DNA of 64,000 nucleotides from Sphingobacteriaceae bacterium. GTDB lineage: Bacteria; Bacteroidota; Bacteroidia; B-17B0; Aurantibacillaceae. A model generated the notes under the pieces. That model worked only from the letters and a program-made list of their open reading frames with translations, was not told where the DNA came from and searched no databases. Below are positions 31,472 to 43,366 of this stretch, one piece after another (the stretch's first letter is position 1; every line of letters begins with the position of its first letter). The stretch lies in the NCBI GenBank assembly GCA_016709575.1, contig JADJMM010000012.1:28077-92076 (forward strand), in the 5' to 3' direction. The translations under genes were made by a program, and so were the position numbers.

Positions 31472-32326
31472 ATGCTTTTAAACAAGATCAAAACATTAAC
31501 AGGAGCTCTTGCTATTGCTGCAATGACTACCACTTCGGTAAACGCTCAGTTAAAAACTCCGGCTCCTAGTCCGTTACAAACATTAAAGCAAGCTTTTGCT
31601 TTATCAGATATTACTATTGAGTATTCTCGTCCAAGTGCTAAAGGACGTGTGGTTTATGGTGATGTAGTTCCTTTTGGTACAGTTTGGCGTACAGGTGCTA
31701 ACTCTTCAACTAAAATTACATTTGGTGAAGATGTTAAAGTAGAAGGTGCAGAATTAAAAGCAGGTACTTATGCGCTTTATTCTATTCCAAATAAAGATAG
31801 TTGGGATTTAATGTTTTATAAAGACTTAACCTTAGGTGGTGATGTTTCTAATTATAAGGCAGAAAATGAAGTTTTAAAGATTAAAGTAAAACCAAGTGCT
31901 TTAACTGAAAAAGTTGAAACGTTTGCTATTAATGTAGCTGATATTACTGCTAATTCTGCTTCAATTGAGTTAGTGTGGGAAAAAACACGCGTTGCTTTTA
32001 AAGTAACTGCTGAAATCGACAGCAAAATAATGAAGACAATTGAAAACACAATTGTTAAAGATAACCGTCCGTATTTCCAAGCAGCATCTTATTATTATGA
32101 AAATGATAAGGATTTGAAATTAGCAGGAGAGTGGGTTGATAAAGCTATTGCAAACAATCCAAAAGCATATTGGGTAGTATTGTTAAAAGCAAAAATCCAA
32201 TACAAGGCAAAAGATTTAAAAGGTGCATCAGCAACTGCTGAACAAGCTAAAGCATTAGCAGCGGCAGATAAAGATGATGCTTATGTAAAGAATGCAGAAA
32301 AAATTATTGCGGATTGTAAAAAATAA
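31472..32326 (+). CDS. DUF2911 domain protein with a C-terminal TPR-like region
   Basis: Signal peptide, then ITIEYSRPSAKGRVVYGDVVPFGTVWRTGANSSTKITF and GTYALYSIPNKDSWDLMFYKD, as in DUF2911. Confidence 0.7.
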   Translation: MLLNKIKTLTGALAIAAMTTTSVNAQLKTPAPSPLQTLKQAFALSDITIEYSRPSAKGRVVYGDVVPFGTVWRTGANSSTKITFGEDVKVEGAELKAGTYALYSIPNKDSWDLMFYKDLTLGGDVSNYKAENEVLKIKVKPSALTEKVETFAINVADITANSASIELVWEKTRVAFKVTAEIDSKIMKTIENTIVKDNRPYFQAASYYYENDKDLKLAGEWVDKAIANNPKAYWVVLLKAKIQYKAKDLKGASATAEQAKALAAADKDDAYVKNAEKIIADCKK

Positions 32327-32342
32327 TCTGAGTTTAATTTCT

Positions 32343-32372
32343 AAAAATCCCGCCCGAAAAGCGGGATTTTTT
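32343..32372. terminator. Bidirectional rho-independent terminator
   Basis: AAAAATCCCGC-ccgaaaa-GCGGGATTTTT between convergent genes. Confidence 0.75.
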
Positions 32373-34067
32373 ATTTTGCTTCAGTTTTGTTGTTGATGAA
32401 AAGCTGAATCACAAAAGAAATTCCCATTACCAAAACACAACCAATTACGTTTAACCATAAAAAGGCGGTTAAGTCAGTTATCCAGGCGTAAACAATAAAT
32501 CTTTCCGCAATCAATGCAGCGTAAAATACAGCAACACCTTGTATCCGCTTCATGTAAAATGCAACGAGAAAAATCCCAAGAATGGTCCCATAAAAAAGAG
32601 AACCTAAAATATTAACAGCTTCAATTAAATTCCCCAATTTGCTGGCATAGATGGCAACTACCACACAAAAAATTCCCCATACTACTGTAGCAATACGGGA
32701 GGCTCCAAGGTATAATGATTCACTACCGTTAGCGTTAAAAATGCGTTTATAAAAATCAACCACAGTAGTTGAAGCCAAAGAATTTAATCCGCTTGCAGTT
32801 GATCCCATGGCGGCTAAAAAAATAATAGCGATTAATATACCAACAATACCTACTGGTAATTGTTGCGTTACAAAGGTCAGGAAAATGTAATTGGTGTCGT
32901 TGGTATCCGCTTTTGGATTATTTTTTTCCATTAGCTTCACCACATCTTTTCGGATAGCCAATGTTTTTTCATCGGCTTCTTTAACTTTTATTCCTGCGGC
33001 ATCAATAGCCTGGTCATTATCGCTATGAATAGCATCTACTAACAGGTTTAACTGTTGTTGTTTTTCTTTATGCGCAATTGCATAATCTTTTGTGAGCTGA
33101 TTGTATTCCGCTTTGTAAGTGCTGTTTTCAATTCGATTGGTTTCAACTTTATTAAAGAAAACAGGAACATCATTAAATTGATAAAATGTAAAAACCAAAA
33201 CGCCAATCAATAAAATAAAAACTGCATCGGTATTTTTACTAGACCATTCATTACTAAACCTAAACGACTTTGAGTAATAGAGCTACCGGTTAAATAACGT
33301 CCTACTTGTGATTGATCAGTTCCAAAATAAGATAACTGTAAGAAGAAACCGCCAATAATTCCCGACCAGATATTGTATTTGTTGTTTAAATCAAAACCTG
33401 TATCAATGGCATTTAGTTTTCCCATTTTGCCGCTTATGGCAAGTGCATCGCCAAACGAAACGTGTTCAGGTAATAAATGAACTACCATAAAGGCAGCAAG
33501 AAACAAGCCGGCAAAGATGATACTCATTTGTAAAAACTGCGTGTACGAAACGGCTTTTGTTCCACCATAAACCGTATATGTAATTACCAGAAATCCGTTA
33601 GCAATAATAGTGTATATAATATCAATGTTTAATATCGTTGATAAAATGATTGCCGGGGCATAAATGGTAATCCCTGTTGATAGTCCGCGTTGCAATAAGA
33701 ATAAAAAAGCAGTGAGCGAGCGCGTTTTATTATCGAATCGTTTTTCTAAATACTCGTAAGCAGTATAAACATTAAGTTTATGAAAGATGGGAATGAAAGT
33801 AATGCAAAGCACCACCATGGCCAGAGGTAAACCAAAATAAAATTGTACAAATCGTAAGCCATCACTGTATCCTTGACCGGGCGCAGATAAAAAAGTAATG
33901 GCGCTGGCTTGGGTGGCCATTACTGATAAACCAACATGATACCAGGGCAATTGTTTATCGGCTAATAAATACCCTTCGATGTTTTTTGCACCACGACTTT
34001 TCCATACACCATAAATGATGATGAATAAAAGTGTGAAACCTAAAACAAGCCAATCGATTAAACTCAT
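32371..34067 (-). CDS. Sodium:solute symporter family transporter (one frameshift near 33210-33240)
   Basis: The N-terminal ORF 33207-34067 has YLLADKQLPWY, SAPGQGY and YEYLEKRF. The C-terminal ORF 32371-33210 supplies further TM helices and a charged insert. Confidence 0.8.
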
Positions 34068-34186
34068 TTATAATATTGTGTGAAGAAATATAATGAAACT
34101 ATAATGACAACTAAAGTGCCAATAACCAGCAAATAAACATTCTTCCAGGTTTTTAATATTGGAGGTTTTTCTTCCGTATCTGTCAT
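34064..34186 (-). CDS. 40-aa single-pass membrane peptide, translationally coupled to the symporter
   Basis: Manual translation gives MTDTEEKPPILKTWKNVYLLVIGTLVVIIVSLYFFTQYYK. Its stop overlaps the symporter start as ATGA, and its start lies 1 nt after the upstream gene's stop. Confidence 0.45.
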   Translation of the reverse strand: MTDTEEKPPILKTWKNVYLLVIGTLVVIIVSLYFFTQYYK

Positions 34187-34187
34187 T

Positions 34188-36682
34188 TTATTTATTTTGA
34201 GGTAAACTCAATAAGTTAACAAATAAACGATAGGCACCAGGAATACCCGCAGGCAATTCTCTGAAAAAAGCTAAGCCCGTATAAACGAAATTACCTTTAC
34301 CATATTTTCCAATGATTAAACTACCATCGCTAGATTTTTCATTGGCATCATTCATCATAAAAACAGTTTCGTATTGTTTATCTAACTCCGATGCAAAATA
34401 AATGCCACGTTCCTGAATCCAGTTTTCAAAATCTTTATTGGTGATTTTGTTTGGGGAATTGAGTGCAATGTGTTTATCGTTAATAAACTTAACCTCTGCT
34501 TTTTCATCCGTAACTCTATCGCGTGAAATAGTGAATGGGTAAGGACCAATTTTCGCCTTTACAGGACCTATTCGATTATTGGTATTGTATTGCACTACAA
34601 GATTACCTCCGTTTTTAACGTAATCCATTAGTTTGTTGTAATGAACTTGTAATCTTTCGTTGGTATTATAAGCTCTTACACCGGTTACAATGGCGCTGTA
34701 TTTAGATAAATTTTCATTGGTTAAAAGTTCATCAGTTAGCAAATTCACATTGTAGCCAATTTGTTTAAGACAAGCGACAACATCATCACCGGCACCCGCA
34801 ATGTAACCAATGTTGATTTCTGTTTTCTTCAAATCAACATAAATTAAACCCGCTTTAGCCTCGCTTAAAATAAACTGATACGGTATATGATCATATTCAA
34901 TACGCTTAATGCTTTTCGAATACGTTTGATTATTGATGGTCACCGCAGCTGAAAGAAAACCGTTACTTGCATTTTTTGTCGCAGAAACAGTCGCTTCAAT
35001 AATAGCTTCATCACCTTTGTTGCTCAATTTAAATTCAGACTGATTAGTAGAAATTATCCAGCCGTCAGAACCTTTTAACTCAAGTTTACCATTAATGTTA
35101 TTCGAATTAGCTTTAATTACGAATGAAATAGTTTTTGGTTTGTTATCAGTAAACACAAAAACTTTTTCCGTAATATTTACGGTTACAGGTGGCAAAGTTT
35201 CAAATGGTCTGTAAATTTCTCCTTTAACTGGATCGGTGTATTTATGCATTAAATTTCTCTCAACGTTAAAGGTTAAATCTTCAATGCTAATATTAAATAC
35301 AATTTTTTTATCCGATTCATTTTCTGGTTTACCAATCAGGTCTGTGTTTTTAACTGTGTATAAACCTGTACTGTGTTCTTCGTTTAACCAATAAGGACTA
35401 GAATAGGCGAGAGCTTCAGAAAGTTTTTCTCTTCGTTTAAATGAATAAAGTTCGTTTGGTTTTAAAATTAGTTGAGTTATTGTATCGCTCTGATTGAAAT
35501 AAGAAATCTTATTTAGTTTAACACTGTTCTTATTTCTGTTCACAAGTTGAACGGTAAAAGTTATTTCCTGTCCCGGAATGCCAATGTATTCAGGTGAAAA
35601 TGTTTCTATCCATAAACCTGAACACGCCAATAAAAGTATTTCGGTTTCTTTTAATTTTTGTTTTTTCCAATAGGCAATTTCGGAGTTGCTTTCTTGTAAG
35701 GATAAAATTTGCTTGTAAATAGTAACAATTGAAGAAACACTCGCTTCAGGATTTTGCGGATTAAATTTTTGTATTGCTTCGTTAATCAAACTTTCAATTT
35801 TCTCTAAACCCTTAAAACGTAACCAACTTGTTTGAATGCCTTCCAATAAATCAGATTTAGCACTATCACCTTTTAGTACTTTAAAATACTCGATATTGCT
35901 TCCGCGTTGTTTAGCTGAACCAAAGCCTTGGCTTTTGTGACATGAGCGACTTTCTGCAGCAATCTCACCATAACTTTTTCCTAATAATGGATTATATACA
36001 CCGACATCTATTTTTAATTGATCTGAAGCAGTTGTATTAGTAGTTCCAAAGTTAAAGGTGTTCCAAAATATACGTTTGGCTTGCCAGGTTTGTACATGTT
36101 TCAATTGTTCTGGAAAACGTTTAGGGTCGGCGGCCGCATCAAAGCTTCAACAGCAAGGATAGCAGACGCGGTATGATGACCGTGCCCACCTTCACCTGTT
36201 GTTGGAAAGCGGCAAATAATCACATCCGGTCTAAAATGACGAATGGTTAAAACTACATCTGATAAAATGCTGTCTTTATTCCAGAATGAAAAAGTTTCTT
36301 CAGGAGTTTTAGAGTATCCAAAATCATTCGCGCGGGTAAAAAATTGTTCAGCGCCATCAACACGTCGCGCCGCCAATAATTCTTGTGTTCTGATTAGTCC
36401 TAATAATTCACTTTCTTCTTTACCAATTAAATTTTGTCCGCCATCTCCACGGGTGAGTGATAAATAACCTGTTCTTAGTTTTTTTTCGTTGGCTAAATAA
36501 CCTAATAATCTTGTGTTTTCATCATCAGGATGTGCGGCAATATACAATACACTACCAACGGTATTCAGTTTTTTTAGTCCCTGAATAATTTCAGCGGAAT
36601 TTAAAGTGTTGTTTTGTGATGAAATCGTATTTGTGAAAAATAGAAAAACGGTCAGTATGGCTATTATTGAAGGAAGTTTCAT
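34188..36682 (-). CDS. PIG-L (LmbE-like) family deacetylase with a large C-terminal extension (one frameshift near 36104)
   Basis: YIAAHPDDENTRLLGYL, LTRGDGGQN and GHGHHTASAILAVEA are in ORF 36101-36730. The sequence continues as ...KHVQTWQAKRIFWNTFNFG in the 638-aa ORF. The probable start is MKLPSIIAILTVF at 36682. Confidence 0.75.
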
Positions 36683-36903
36683 GATTTTAACAAGATTTTG
36701 GAAATTGGAATCAACGAATGAATGTCTCATAGGAAACGGATGTGGTCTTAATTTTTATATTTTACTGTTGTTTCAGATGATTGTTTAGCAATTCATAAGT
36801 TGGATTGAAAGTAAAATTAAGCAATAAAGTGAAACATGCAATCCAATCATTTTAACTGTGTTTATTTCATCTATATTGTTAATATTTGGCATATTATTTC
36901 AGT

Positions 36904-36911
36904 AACTTTGT
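36904..36911 (+). promoter_or_regulatory. Candidate -7 box TAACTTTG (a second box, TACCTTTG, lies at 36914-36921)
   Basis: TAnnTTTG matches 14-24 nt upstream of the ATG at 36935, in a divergent intergenic region. Confidence 0.3.
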
Positions 36912-36934
36912 ATTACCTTTGTTATTATTAATAC

Positions 36935-37690
36935 ATGAAGAAAATTACCCACATAATTGCAATTGTTTTAACAGCAGGTTTTGCGTTTGGACAAAATGTA
37001 ACAGATGCAAAAGGTTTGAAACAAGGTTACTGGAAAAAACCTTCGGGTGAAGCCGGTAAATTTATTTTTGAAGGTTTGTTTAAAGACGATAAACCGCAGG
37101 GTGTTTTTAAATATTATTATCCTTTTGATACTGTAAAAGCTATCATGGATTTTAAGAAGGATGGCGCTTATGCTTATGCTAAATTATTTCATCCTACAGG
37201 AAAAATAATGGCAAAAGGAAAATACATTGGTGAAATAAAGGATTCTGTTTGGATTTATTATGATGAAAGCGGGGTAATGGTATCGAAAGATAATTACGTA
37301 AACGGAAAGAAAAACGGAAAGAGTTTTGTGTATTTACCTGATGGAAAAATTGCAGAAGAACGCAATTTTAAAATGGATGTTCAGGATGGTCCGTTTAAAC
37401 AATATTTCGATGGGAAGTTAATTAAAGGTGAAGGAACATACGTTAACGGAAAGTTAGAAGGAAAGAATACGTATTATTATCCAACAGGCATTGCAGCGGC
37501 AAGTGGTTATTATAAAAACGGATTGAAAAGCGGTGCTTGGATTTACAAAGAGAAAGACGGAAAAATAAAAGAAAAAGAATTGTACATCGATGGAAAATTA
37601 GCAGATAAGAAAGCGACAGAAGAATTTTTCTCAAAAAATAAAGTTCAGGATTCTACACCAAAAAAGCCTGAGCCTAAGAAAAAATCATAA
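36935..37690 (+). CDS. MORN-variant repeat protein (YwqK-like), secreted
   Basis: Signal peptide plus repeated G.K.G.W..Y...G units (GLKQGYWKK, DDKPQGVFKYYYP, NGKKNGKSFVYLPDG, NGKLEGKNTYYYPTG, NGLKSGAWIYKEKDG). Confidence 0.65.
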   Translation: MKKITHIIAIVLTAGFAFGQNVTDAKGLKQGYWKKPSGEAGKFIFEGLFKDDKPQGVFKYYYPFDTVKAIMDFKKDGAYAYAKLFHPTGKIMAKGKYIGEIKDSVWIYYDESGVMVSKDNYVNGKKNGKSFVYLPDGKIAEERNFKMDVQDGPFKQYFDGKLIKGEGTYVNGKLEGKNTYYYPTGIAAASGYYKNGLKSGAWIYKEKDGKIKEKELYIDGKLADKKATEEFFSKNKVQDSTPKKPEPKKKS

Positions 37691-37729
37691 TTCACAAAAT
37701 TACAACCTCACCAATTCACGAACTGTTTA

Positions 37730-38832
37730 ATGAGCAAGAAGGGGAAAGTATTAGTAGCAATGAGTGGCGGCATAGATAGCTCTGTGGCTGCTATGATGCT
37801 TCATGAAGAAGGATACGAAGTGGTTGGTATAACCATGAAAACATGGGATTATGTTACATCAGGCAGCAGCAAACGCGAAACTGGTTGTTGTAGTTTAGAT
37901 AGTATTAACGATGCGCGTGCCATTGCTGTGAATTTTGGTTTCCCACATTATATTTTAGATATCAGAAGTGAATTTGGCGATCACATCATCAATAATTTTG
38001 TTGAAGAATATTTAGCAGGAAGAACACCGAATCCTTGTGTGTTATGTAATACTCACATTAAATGGGATGCTTTATTGAAACGTGCTGATATGTTAGATTG
38101 CGAATTTATCGCAACAGGACATTACGCTCGTTTACGTGATGAAGGCAATCGTAAAGTTGTGTTTAAAGGTGTTGATGAAAATAAAGATCAAACGTATGTG
38201 TTGTGGGGCTTATCGCAAGAAAGTTTAAAGCGGACACATTTTCCATTGGGAGGATTTAAAAAACCGGATATAAAACAAATGGCAAAAGACGCAGGTTTTA
38301 TTGATCTCGCTAACAAAAGTGAGAGTTATGATATCTGTTTTGTGCCTAATAACGATTACCGTTCATTCCTAAAACATCGTCTGCCTGACCTAGAAGCGAA
38401 AGTTGAAGGCGGCGATTATTTATACAAAGGAAAAAAAGTAGGGACGCACCGCGGTTATCCGTTTTATACAATCGGACAAAGAAAAGGTTTGGATATTGCG
38501 ATGGGTGATCCTGTTTTTGTGAAAGAAATTATTCCTGAAACTAATACTGTTGTATTAGGAGATAAAGAAGATTTAGAAGAACAACAATTAATGGTACGTG
38601 ATTTTAATTTAATTAAATACGAAAGTTTACCAGAAGATTTCGTTGGTCTGACTAAAATCCGTTATAAAGATGCAGGAACTTTAGCAACCATCAATACTAT
38701 TGATAAAAAACTCGACGTTATTTTTCATAAGCCTGTAACAGGTGTAGCACCCGGACAAAGTGCTGTTATTTACGAGGGAAATGATTTAGTAGGTGGGGAT
38801 TTATTGATAGAAAAGCTGTTATACTTTCTTAA
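37730..38832 (+). CDS. mnmA: tRNA 2-thiouridine(34) synthase MnmA (C-terminal frameshift in a G run near 38795)
   Basis: VLVAMSGGIDSSVAA is the PP-loop. NPCVLCN, GHYAR and DQTYVLW are also present. One extra G would restore ...VGGGFIDRKAVILS with a stop at 38830-38832. Confidence 0.9.
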
Positions 38833-39960
38833 TTCAATACTACAATTTTCTGTTTTGTGCTTTTTCCATTCAGAAAATAAATTCCATTTTCCAATCCTGA
38901 AATTGTTTCTGAAAAATTATTTTTATCAGATAAATAAATTATTTTTATTTCTTGTCCGAGTTGATTGCTTATAATTATAGATTCATTTTCTTTTCCTCTT
39001 ACTGTAAACGAACCGTTATTTGGATTTGGATATATTGTTATGTTATTTTCATCTTTAGCTTCGGTAATTCCGGTTGATAGCGTTTTGTATTTCATGAAAA
39101 TGGTAAACACACCACCTGATTTTTTATGGTAGTATAAAACATTCTTATTGGTAGTTAAGGTTGGAGCTTCAGGTGTATTGTTGAGGGAAGTTATCATAGT
39201 AGTAGGTGTACTGAAAGCAGATAAAGTATTACTTCTCACCGAAACACAAACTTCGGTTTGTGGAACTCCCACTCAAAGCTCTCGAAAAATATAATTCTAA
39301 ACCATCAGGCGTAACAAAGGGCGCATAAACAATATAATTGGTATCGTTCACATTGGCGAAAATAGTATTTGTATTAGGAAGATAATTAAATGTAGAATCA
39401 TTTACTTTTTGTGCCACGCCCATTCGAGAGCTACAAGGCATTCCAAAAGCACATGAATTAAAATAAGCGTTACAGTAATATAAATAATCACCTTCATAAC
39501 TTATGGCTGCATCCATAATCAAATAACCCGGCGCATTAATATTAAAATTTCCATACACGCGACCGAAATTACTGGGGCCAGTACTTCCAAATTTTACTCT
39601 ATGTAAATTATTAATGTTAGTTGGATATCCACGTAAAGAAACCCAGTAAAAATTATCGGCAGTATCTAAAGAAGCTACCGCATTTAAATAGGGGGTAACA
39701 GTTTCATTTACTACTGGCATTAATCCAACTAAATTAAAGGTGGAGTCATTCACTCTTCCTGCATAATACAAACTCGTAGTGCCTCCGCCGTTTAAGCTGT
39801 TAAAAAACAAAGCATTTCCATCAGGCGAAATATGTGGCTCCATGGCATCAACAGTATAACCGTTAATGGTGACTTTTATATCGTTCCCATAAGTAGGAGT
39901 AACTTGACTTTTAAGGTTAAAAGCTGAAATAAACAGTGTTAAGAAAAGTAAATATCTCAT
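38829..39960 (-). CDS. Secreted PD40/TolB-like repeat protein with a T9SS C-terminal sorting domain (one frameshift)
   Basis: Signal peptide MRYLLFLTLFISAFNLKSQ. HISPDGNALFFNS and FVTPDGLELYFSR are PD40-like. The tail is ITIYPNPNNGSFTV...GIYFLNG...KIVVLN. Confidence 0.65.
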
Positions 39961-40024
39961 TTTAGGTTAAATTTAGTGATTTGACTCGATATTTTCAATA
40001 AGGTTTAATGCTTAACTTTACAAA

Positions 40025-41173
40025 ATGACAGTATCACATCCTGAAGTTATAATAGCTTCTTCTCATATATCTCCGGCTCTAAAGCAAATTGCTAAGAAAG
40101 TTTTTAATGGCGAGCGCATTTCGTTTGATGAAGGCGTTACGCTTTATAAGGAAGGTTCTTTAAGTTTTTTAGGAACACTGGCAAATTTTGTAAGAGAGAA
40201 AAAAAGTGGTGATAAAGTTTTCTTCAATCGTAATTTTCACGTTGAGCCGACAAACGTTTGTGTTTACTCTTGTTCGTTCTGTTCGTATTCACGTTTAATT
40301 AAGAACAGAGAACAAGGCTGGGAATTGTCGGTTGAACAAATAATGGACATTATCAAAAAGTACGACGGAAAAGAAGTGACTGAAGTTCATATTACAGGAG
40401 GCGTTGTTCCAAAACAAGATTTAGCTTTCTACACAGACTTATTCAAAAAAATAAAAGCGCATCGTCCCGATTTACATATTAAAGCGTTGACGCCTGTTGA
40501 GTTTCATTATATTTTCAAAAAAGCAAAACTCACTTACGAGGAAGGATTGAAAGTAATGAAAGAAGCTGGCCTCGATAGTTTACCGGGTGGAGGAGCTGAA
40601 ATTTTTGATAAAGATATCCGTGATAAAATTGCAGGTGGAAAATGTAGTACCGAAGAATGGTTAAGCATTCACGAAATCTGGCACCAAATGGGCAACCAGT
40701 CGAACGCAACGATGTTATACGGGCATATTGAAACCTTTGAGCATAGAGTGGACCACATGGAGCGTCTGCGTCAATTACAAGACAAAACAAAAGGCTTTAA
40801 TGCTTTCATTCCTCTTAAATTTAGAAATAAAGAGAATGAGATGTCGGACGTGCCTGAAGTTTCTGTGATTGAAGATTTGCGTAATTATGCTATTGCCAGA
40901 ATTTATTTAGATAATTTTCCTCACATAAAAGCTTATTGGGCTATGATTGGCAGAAGTACTGCACAAATGGCTTTAAATTTTGGTGCTGATGATTTAGATG
41001 GTACAATTGATGACACCACTAAAATTTACAGTATGGCAGGTTCTGAAGAACAAAATCCCAAACTGAGTACCCAAGAACTCGTTGAACTCATCAAACAAGT
41101 TGGCAGAACCCCAATTGAGCGCGACACACTTTATGGTGTTGTAAAAGATTACTCAGAAGTAGTTTTTAGCTAG
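40025..41173 (+). CDS. Radical SAM enzyme of the CofH/MqnE/MqnC family; MqnE-like (aminofutalosine synthase) is most likely
   Basis: CxxxCxxC motif (NVCVYSCSFCSY) preceded by GERISFDEGVTLY...VFFNRNFHVEPTN. 382 aa and intact. The MqnE versus MqnC assignment is from memory of family signatures. Confidence 0.6.
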   Translation: MTVSHPEVIIASSHISPALKQIAKKVFNGERISFDEGVTLYKEGSLSFLGTLANFVREKKSGDKVFFNRNFHVEPTNVCVYSCSFCSYSRLIKNREQGWELSVEQIMDIIKKYDGKEVTEVHITGGVVPKQDLAFYTDLFKKIKAHRPDLHIKALTPVEFHYIFKKAKLTYEEGLKVMKEAGLDSLPGGGAEIFDKDIRDKIAGGKCSTEEWLSIHEIWHQMGNQSNATMLYGHIETFEHRVDHMERLRQLQDKTKGFNAFIPLKFRNKENEMSDVPEVSVIEDLRNYAIARIYLDNFPHIKAYWAMIGRSTAQMALNFGADDLDGTIDDTTKIYSMAGSEEQNPKLSTQELVELIKQVGRTPIERDTLYGVVKDYSEVVFS

Positions 41174-41181
41174 AAAATTCT

Positions 41182-41189
41182 TACTTTTG
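41182..41189 (+). promoter_or_regulatory. Candidate -7 box TACTTTTG
   Basis: TAnnTTTG match 17 nt upstream of the ATG at 41207. Confidence 0.3.
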
Positions 41190-41206
41190 TCGCCTTAAAT
41201 TATTTT

Positions 41207-42157
41207 ATGAGACAAATTTTATTCATTCTTATTTCTTTCGGATTTATTTCTGCAATCAACGCACAAGACGCTAAAAAAGATACTACGTATTGGAAAACTT
41301 CCGGTTTTTTCGGATTAAACCTTGCGCAAACTTCAGTTAGTAATTGGACCGGTGGAGGAAGTGATAACATTGCTTTTTCAGGTTTAATTAATATTGATGC
41401 TAACTATAAAAAAGCAAAAGTAGAGTGGGCTAACCGTTTTGATGGTCAATACGGAATTGTAAAAGTAGGTAGCTCTAAAATTTGGCAAAAAAACGTCGAT
41501 CAAATGTTTGCCATGAGTAAATATAGTTTGTATGCTTTTAAAAAATATTGGTTTTATACGTTGATGGCCGATTTCCGTTCTCAGTTTTCGGATGGCTATA
41601 AATATTCGGGTGATACTATGAAATGGGCTGTTTCTCGTTTTGGTTCTCCGGCTTATATTCAATTAGCTTTAGGTTTGGATTATAAACCGGTTGATTATTT
41701 TGTTGTGACCATTTCTCCTGTTGCAGGTAAAATCACTATGGTAACCGATCAGGTTTTAGCAAACGCCGGTGATTTTGGTGTTGAGAAAGCAGTTTATGAT
41801 ACAGCCGGAGTATTAATTACACCGGGACGTAAATTCCGTTATGAGTTTGGAGGAAGATTAACGGTGAAATTCAAAAAAGATTTAACGAAACAATTTAGTG
41901 TAGATACTTACGCCGATTTTTTCTCTAATTATATGAATGATCCACAAAATATAGATGTGGTTTGGAATACATTATTGACTTTAAAAATCACAAAGTATTT
42001 CACAGCAACCTTATCCACTAAATTTTTATACGATCACGACGTAACCATAAAATACGACTGGAACAACGACGGAAAATTCGACAACAAAAACGATATTTTC
42101 GGTCCACGCGCTCAGGTTATGAGTGTTTACGGTATTGGATTTGGGTATAAGTTTTAA
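41207..42157 (+). CDS. DUF3078-like outer-membrane beta-barrel protein
   Basis: Signal peptide, then WKTSGFFGLNLAQTSVSNWTGGGSDNIAFSG, alternating strands, and a C-terminal GFGYKF. Confidence 0.6.
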   Translation: MRQILFILISFGFISAINAQDAKKDTTYWKTSGFFGLNLAQTSVSNWTGGGSDNIAFSGLINIDANYKKAKVEWANRFDGQYGIVKVGSSKIWQKNVDQMFAMSKYSLYAFKKYWFYTLMADFRSQFSDGYKYSGDTMKWAVSRFGSPAYIQLALGLDYKPVDYFVVTISPVAGKITMVTDQVLANAGDFGVEKAVYDTAGVLITPGRKFRYEFGGRLTVKFKKDLTKQFSVDTYADFFSNYMNDPQNIDVVWNTLLTLKITKYFTATLSTKFLYDHDVTIKYDWNNDGKFDNKNDIFGPRAQVMSVYGIGFGYKF

Positions 42158-43086
42158 TCCAAACTCTCCAACCATCTACTCAAAAAACAATCGAAGACCT
42201 GATAATAACGGCCTTTTTCGTCGTGCGCGGCAAATACCATTTCTTTAACTAATAAAGCTTCTAAGGCGCGTTGGACGTTGGCAGGTGTGCCAATTTGATG
42301 TTGCATTAAAAATTGTTTGGCAGTAGGGTGGTGTACTTTTTCTTCTTTCGCAATTGCTTTTAATAAGAGCCATTGAACGGGCGATAAAAGATTACGGTAA
42401 ATGAAATAATTGCTTTCGTTTTCTTGTAGTATCAATCCGCATTCTTCATGTACGTGTTCAATGTCAACTTCCTTAATATTGTTTTCGAAAACGCGTTTAC
42501 AGAGGGATTGTGTGTAATAAGTATGACGGCGAGTCCATTCTAAAATAAAATCAGTGGCTTCATCCGTTATTGTGCGTTTGTGTTTTTCGAAATTCTCTTT
42601 TATAAAATTACTATAAATGGTTTCTTTAATCCCACCTAATTGCAATAAATCGAAATTGGTAAAAAAAGCTTGTTTACCATCACTAAAAAAATCATTCAGT
42701 AAATGTTCGTTACTACAACTAAAAATAAACGAAATGTTTTTTAATTTTTGTGTAGCCTGACGTAAAATTGAAATTGTATTTTTCTCCGGATAATTTACAA
42801 TTTGTTGAAATTCGTCAATGGCAATTAAAATTTTCACATCTTGTTTATCCAAAAAATCAAACAACGATAAAAGCACTTGTTCGTTTTGTCGCGGCAATGT
42901 AAAATCAAAATTCACAGAACTTTTATCTGGAAAAATCTGCAGAATAGATCTGTAAAAACATTTGGTAAACTCTTTTAAATTTTCGGTTGCGTGAATATCA
43001 GTATATAAGCATTTGAATTCTTTGTTTTGATTCAGCTTCTCGAATGTTTTATGAATTAAAATGGTTTTGCCTATTCGCGCTGCAAA
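42154..43086 (-). pseudogene. AAA-type ATPase (archaeal-ATPase/DUF234-like), 5'-truncated
   Basis: The open frame starts right after a TAA at 43087-43089 and reads FAARIGKTILIH (the tail of a Walker A) with no start codon. It continues through ...KILIAIDEFQQI (Walker B-like) and a winged-helix-like C-terminus. Confidence 0.55.
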
Positions 43087-43270
43087 TTATTGTTATAGTA
43101 TTATACTAGTTGTATAATTTGTACCTAAATCGAATTTTTAGCCAATTTATTAATCAAGACTTTACAAAATTGGGCTTGATTTTTTGTTATTGATTATCAA
43201 TTAATTACAATAATATTTACGAAATCTAAAATTTTCACACTTTTTTAGGTGATTTTCTTGTGTAATTCCC

Positions 43271-43300
43271 TTGTCGGGATAAATTATTTATCTATCTTTG
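43271..43300 (+). promoter_or_regulatory. Candidate promoter of the ribosomal protein cluster (-33 TTG at 43271, -7 TATCTTTG at 43293-43300)
   Basis: TTG, then a 19-nt spacer, then TAnnTTTG, about 67 nt upstream of rpsL. Confidence 0.4.
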
Positions 43301-43366
43301 CCCTCCCTAAAATAAGGGGCGAGTTAAATTTAAGAGTGAAATTTTAATAAATACAGAGGAGATAAA

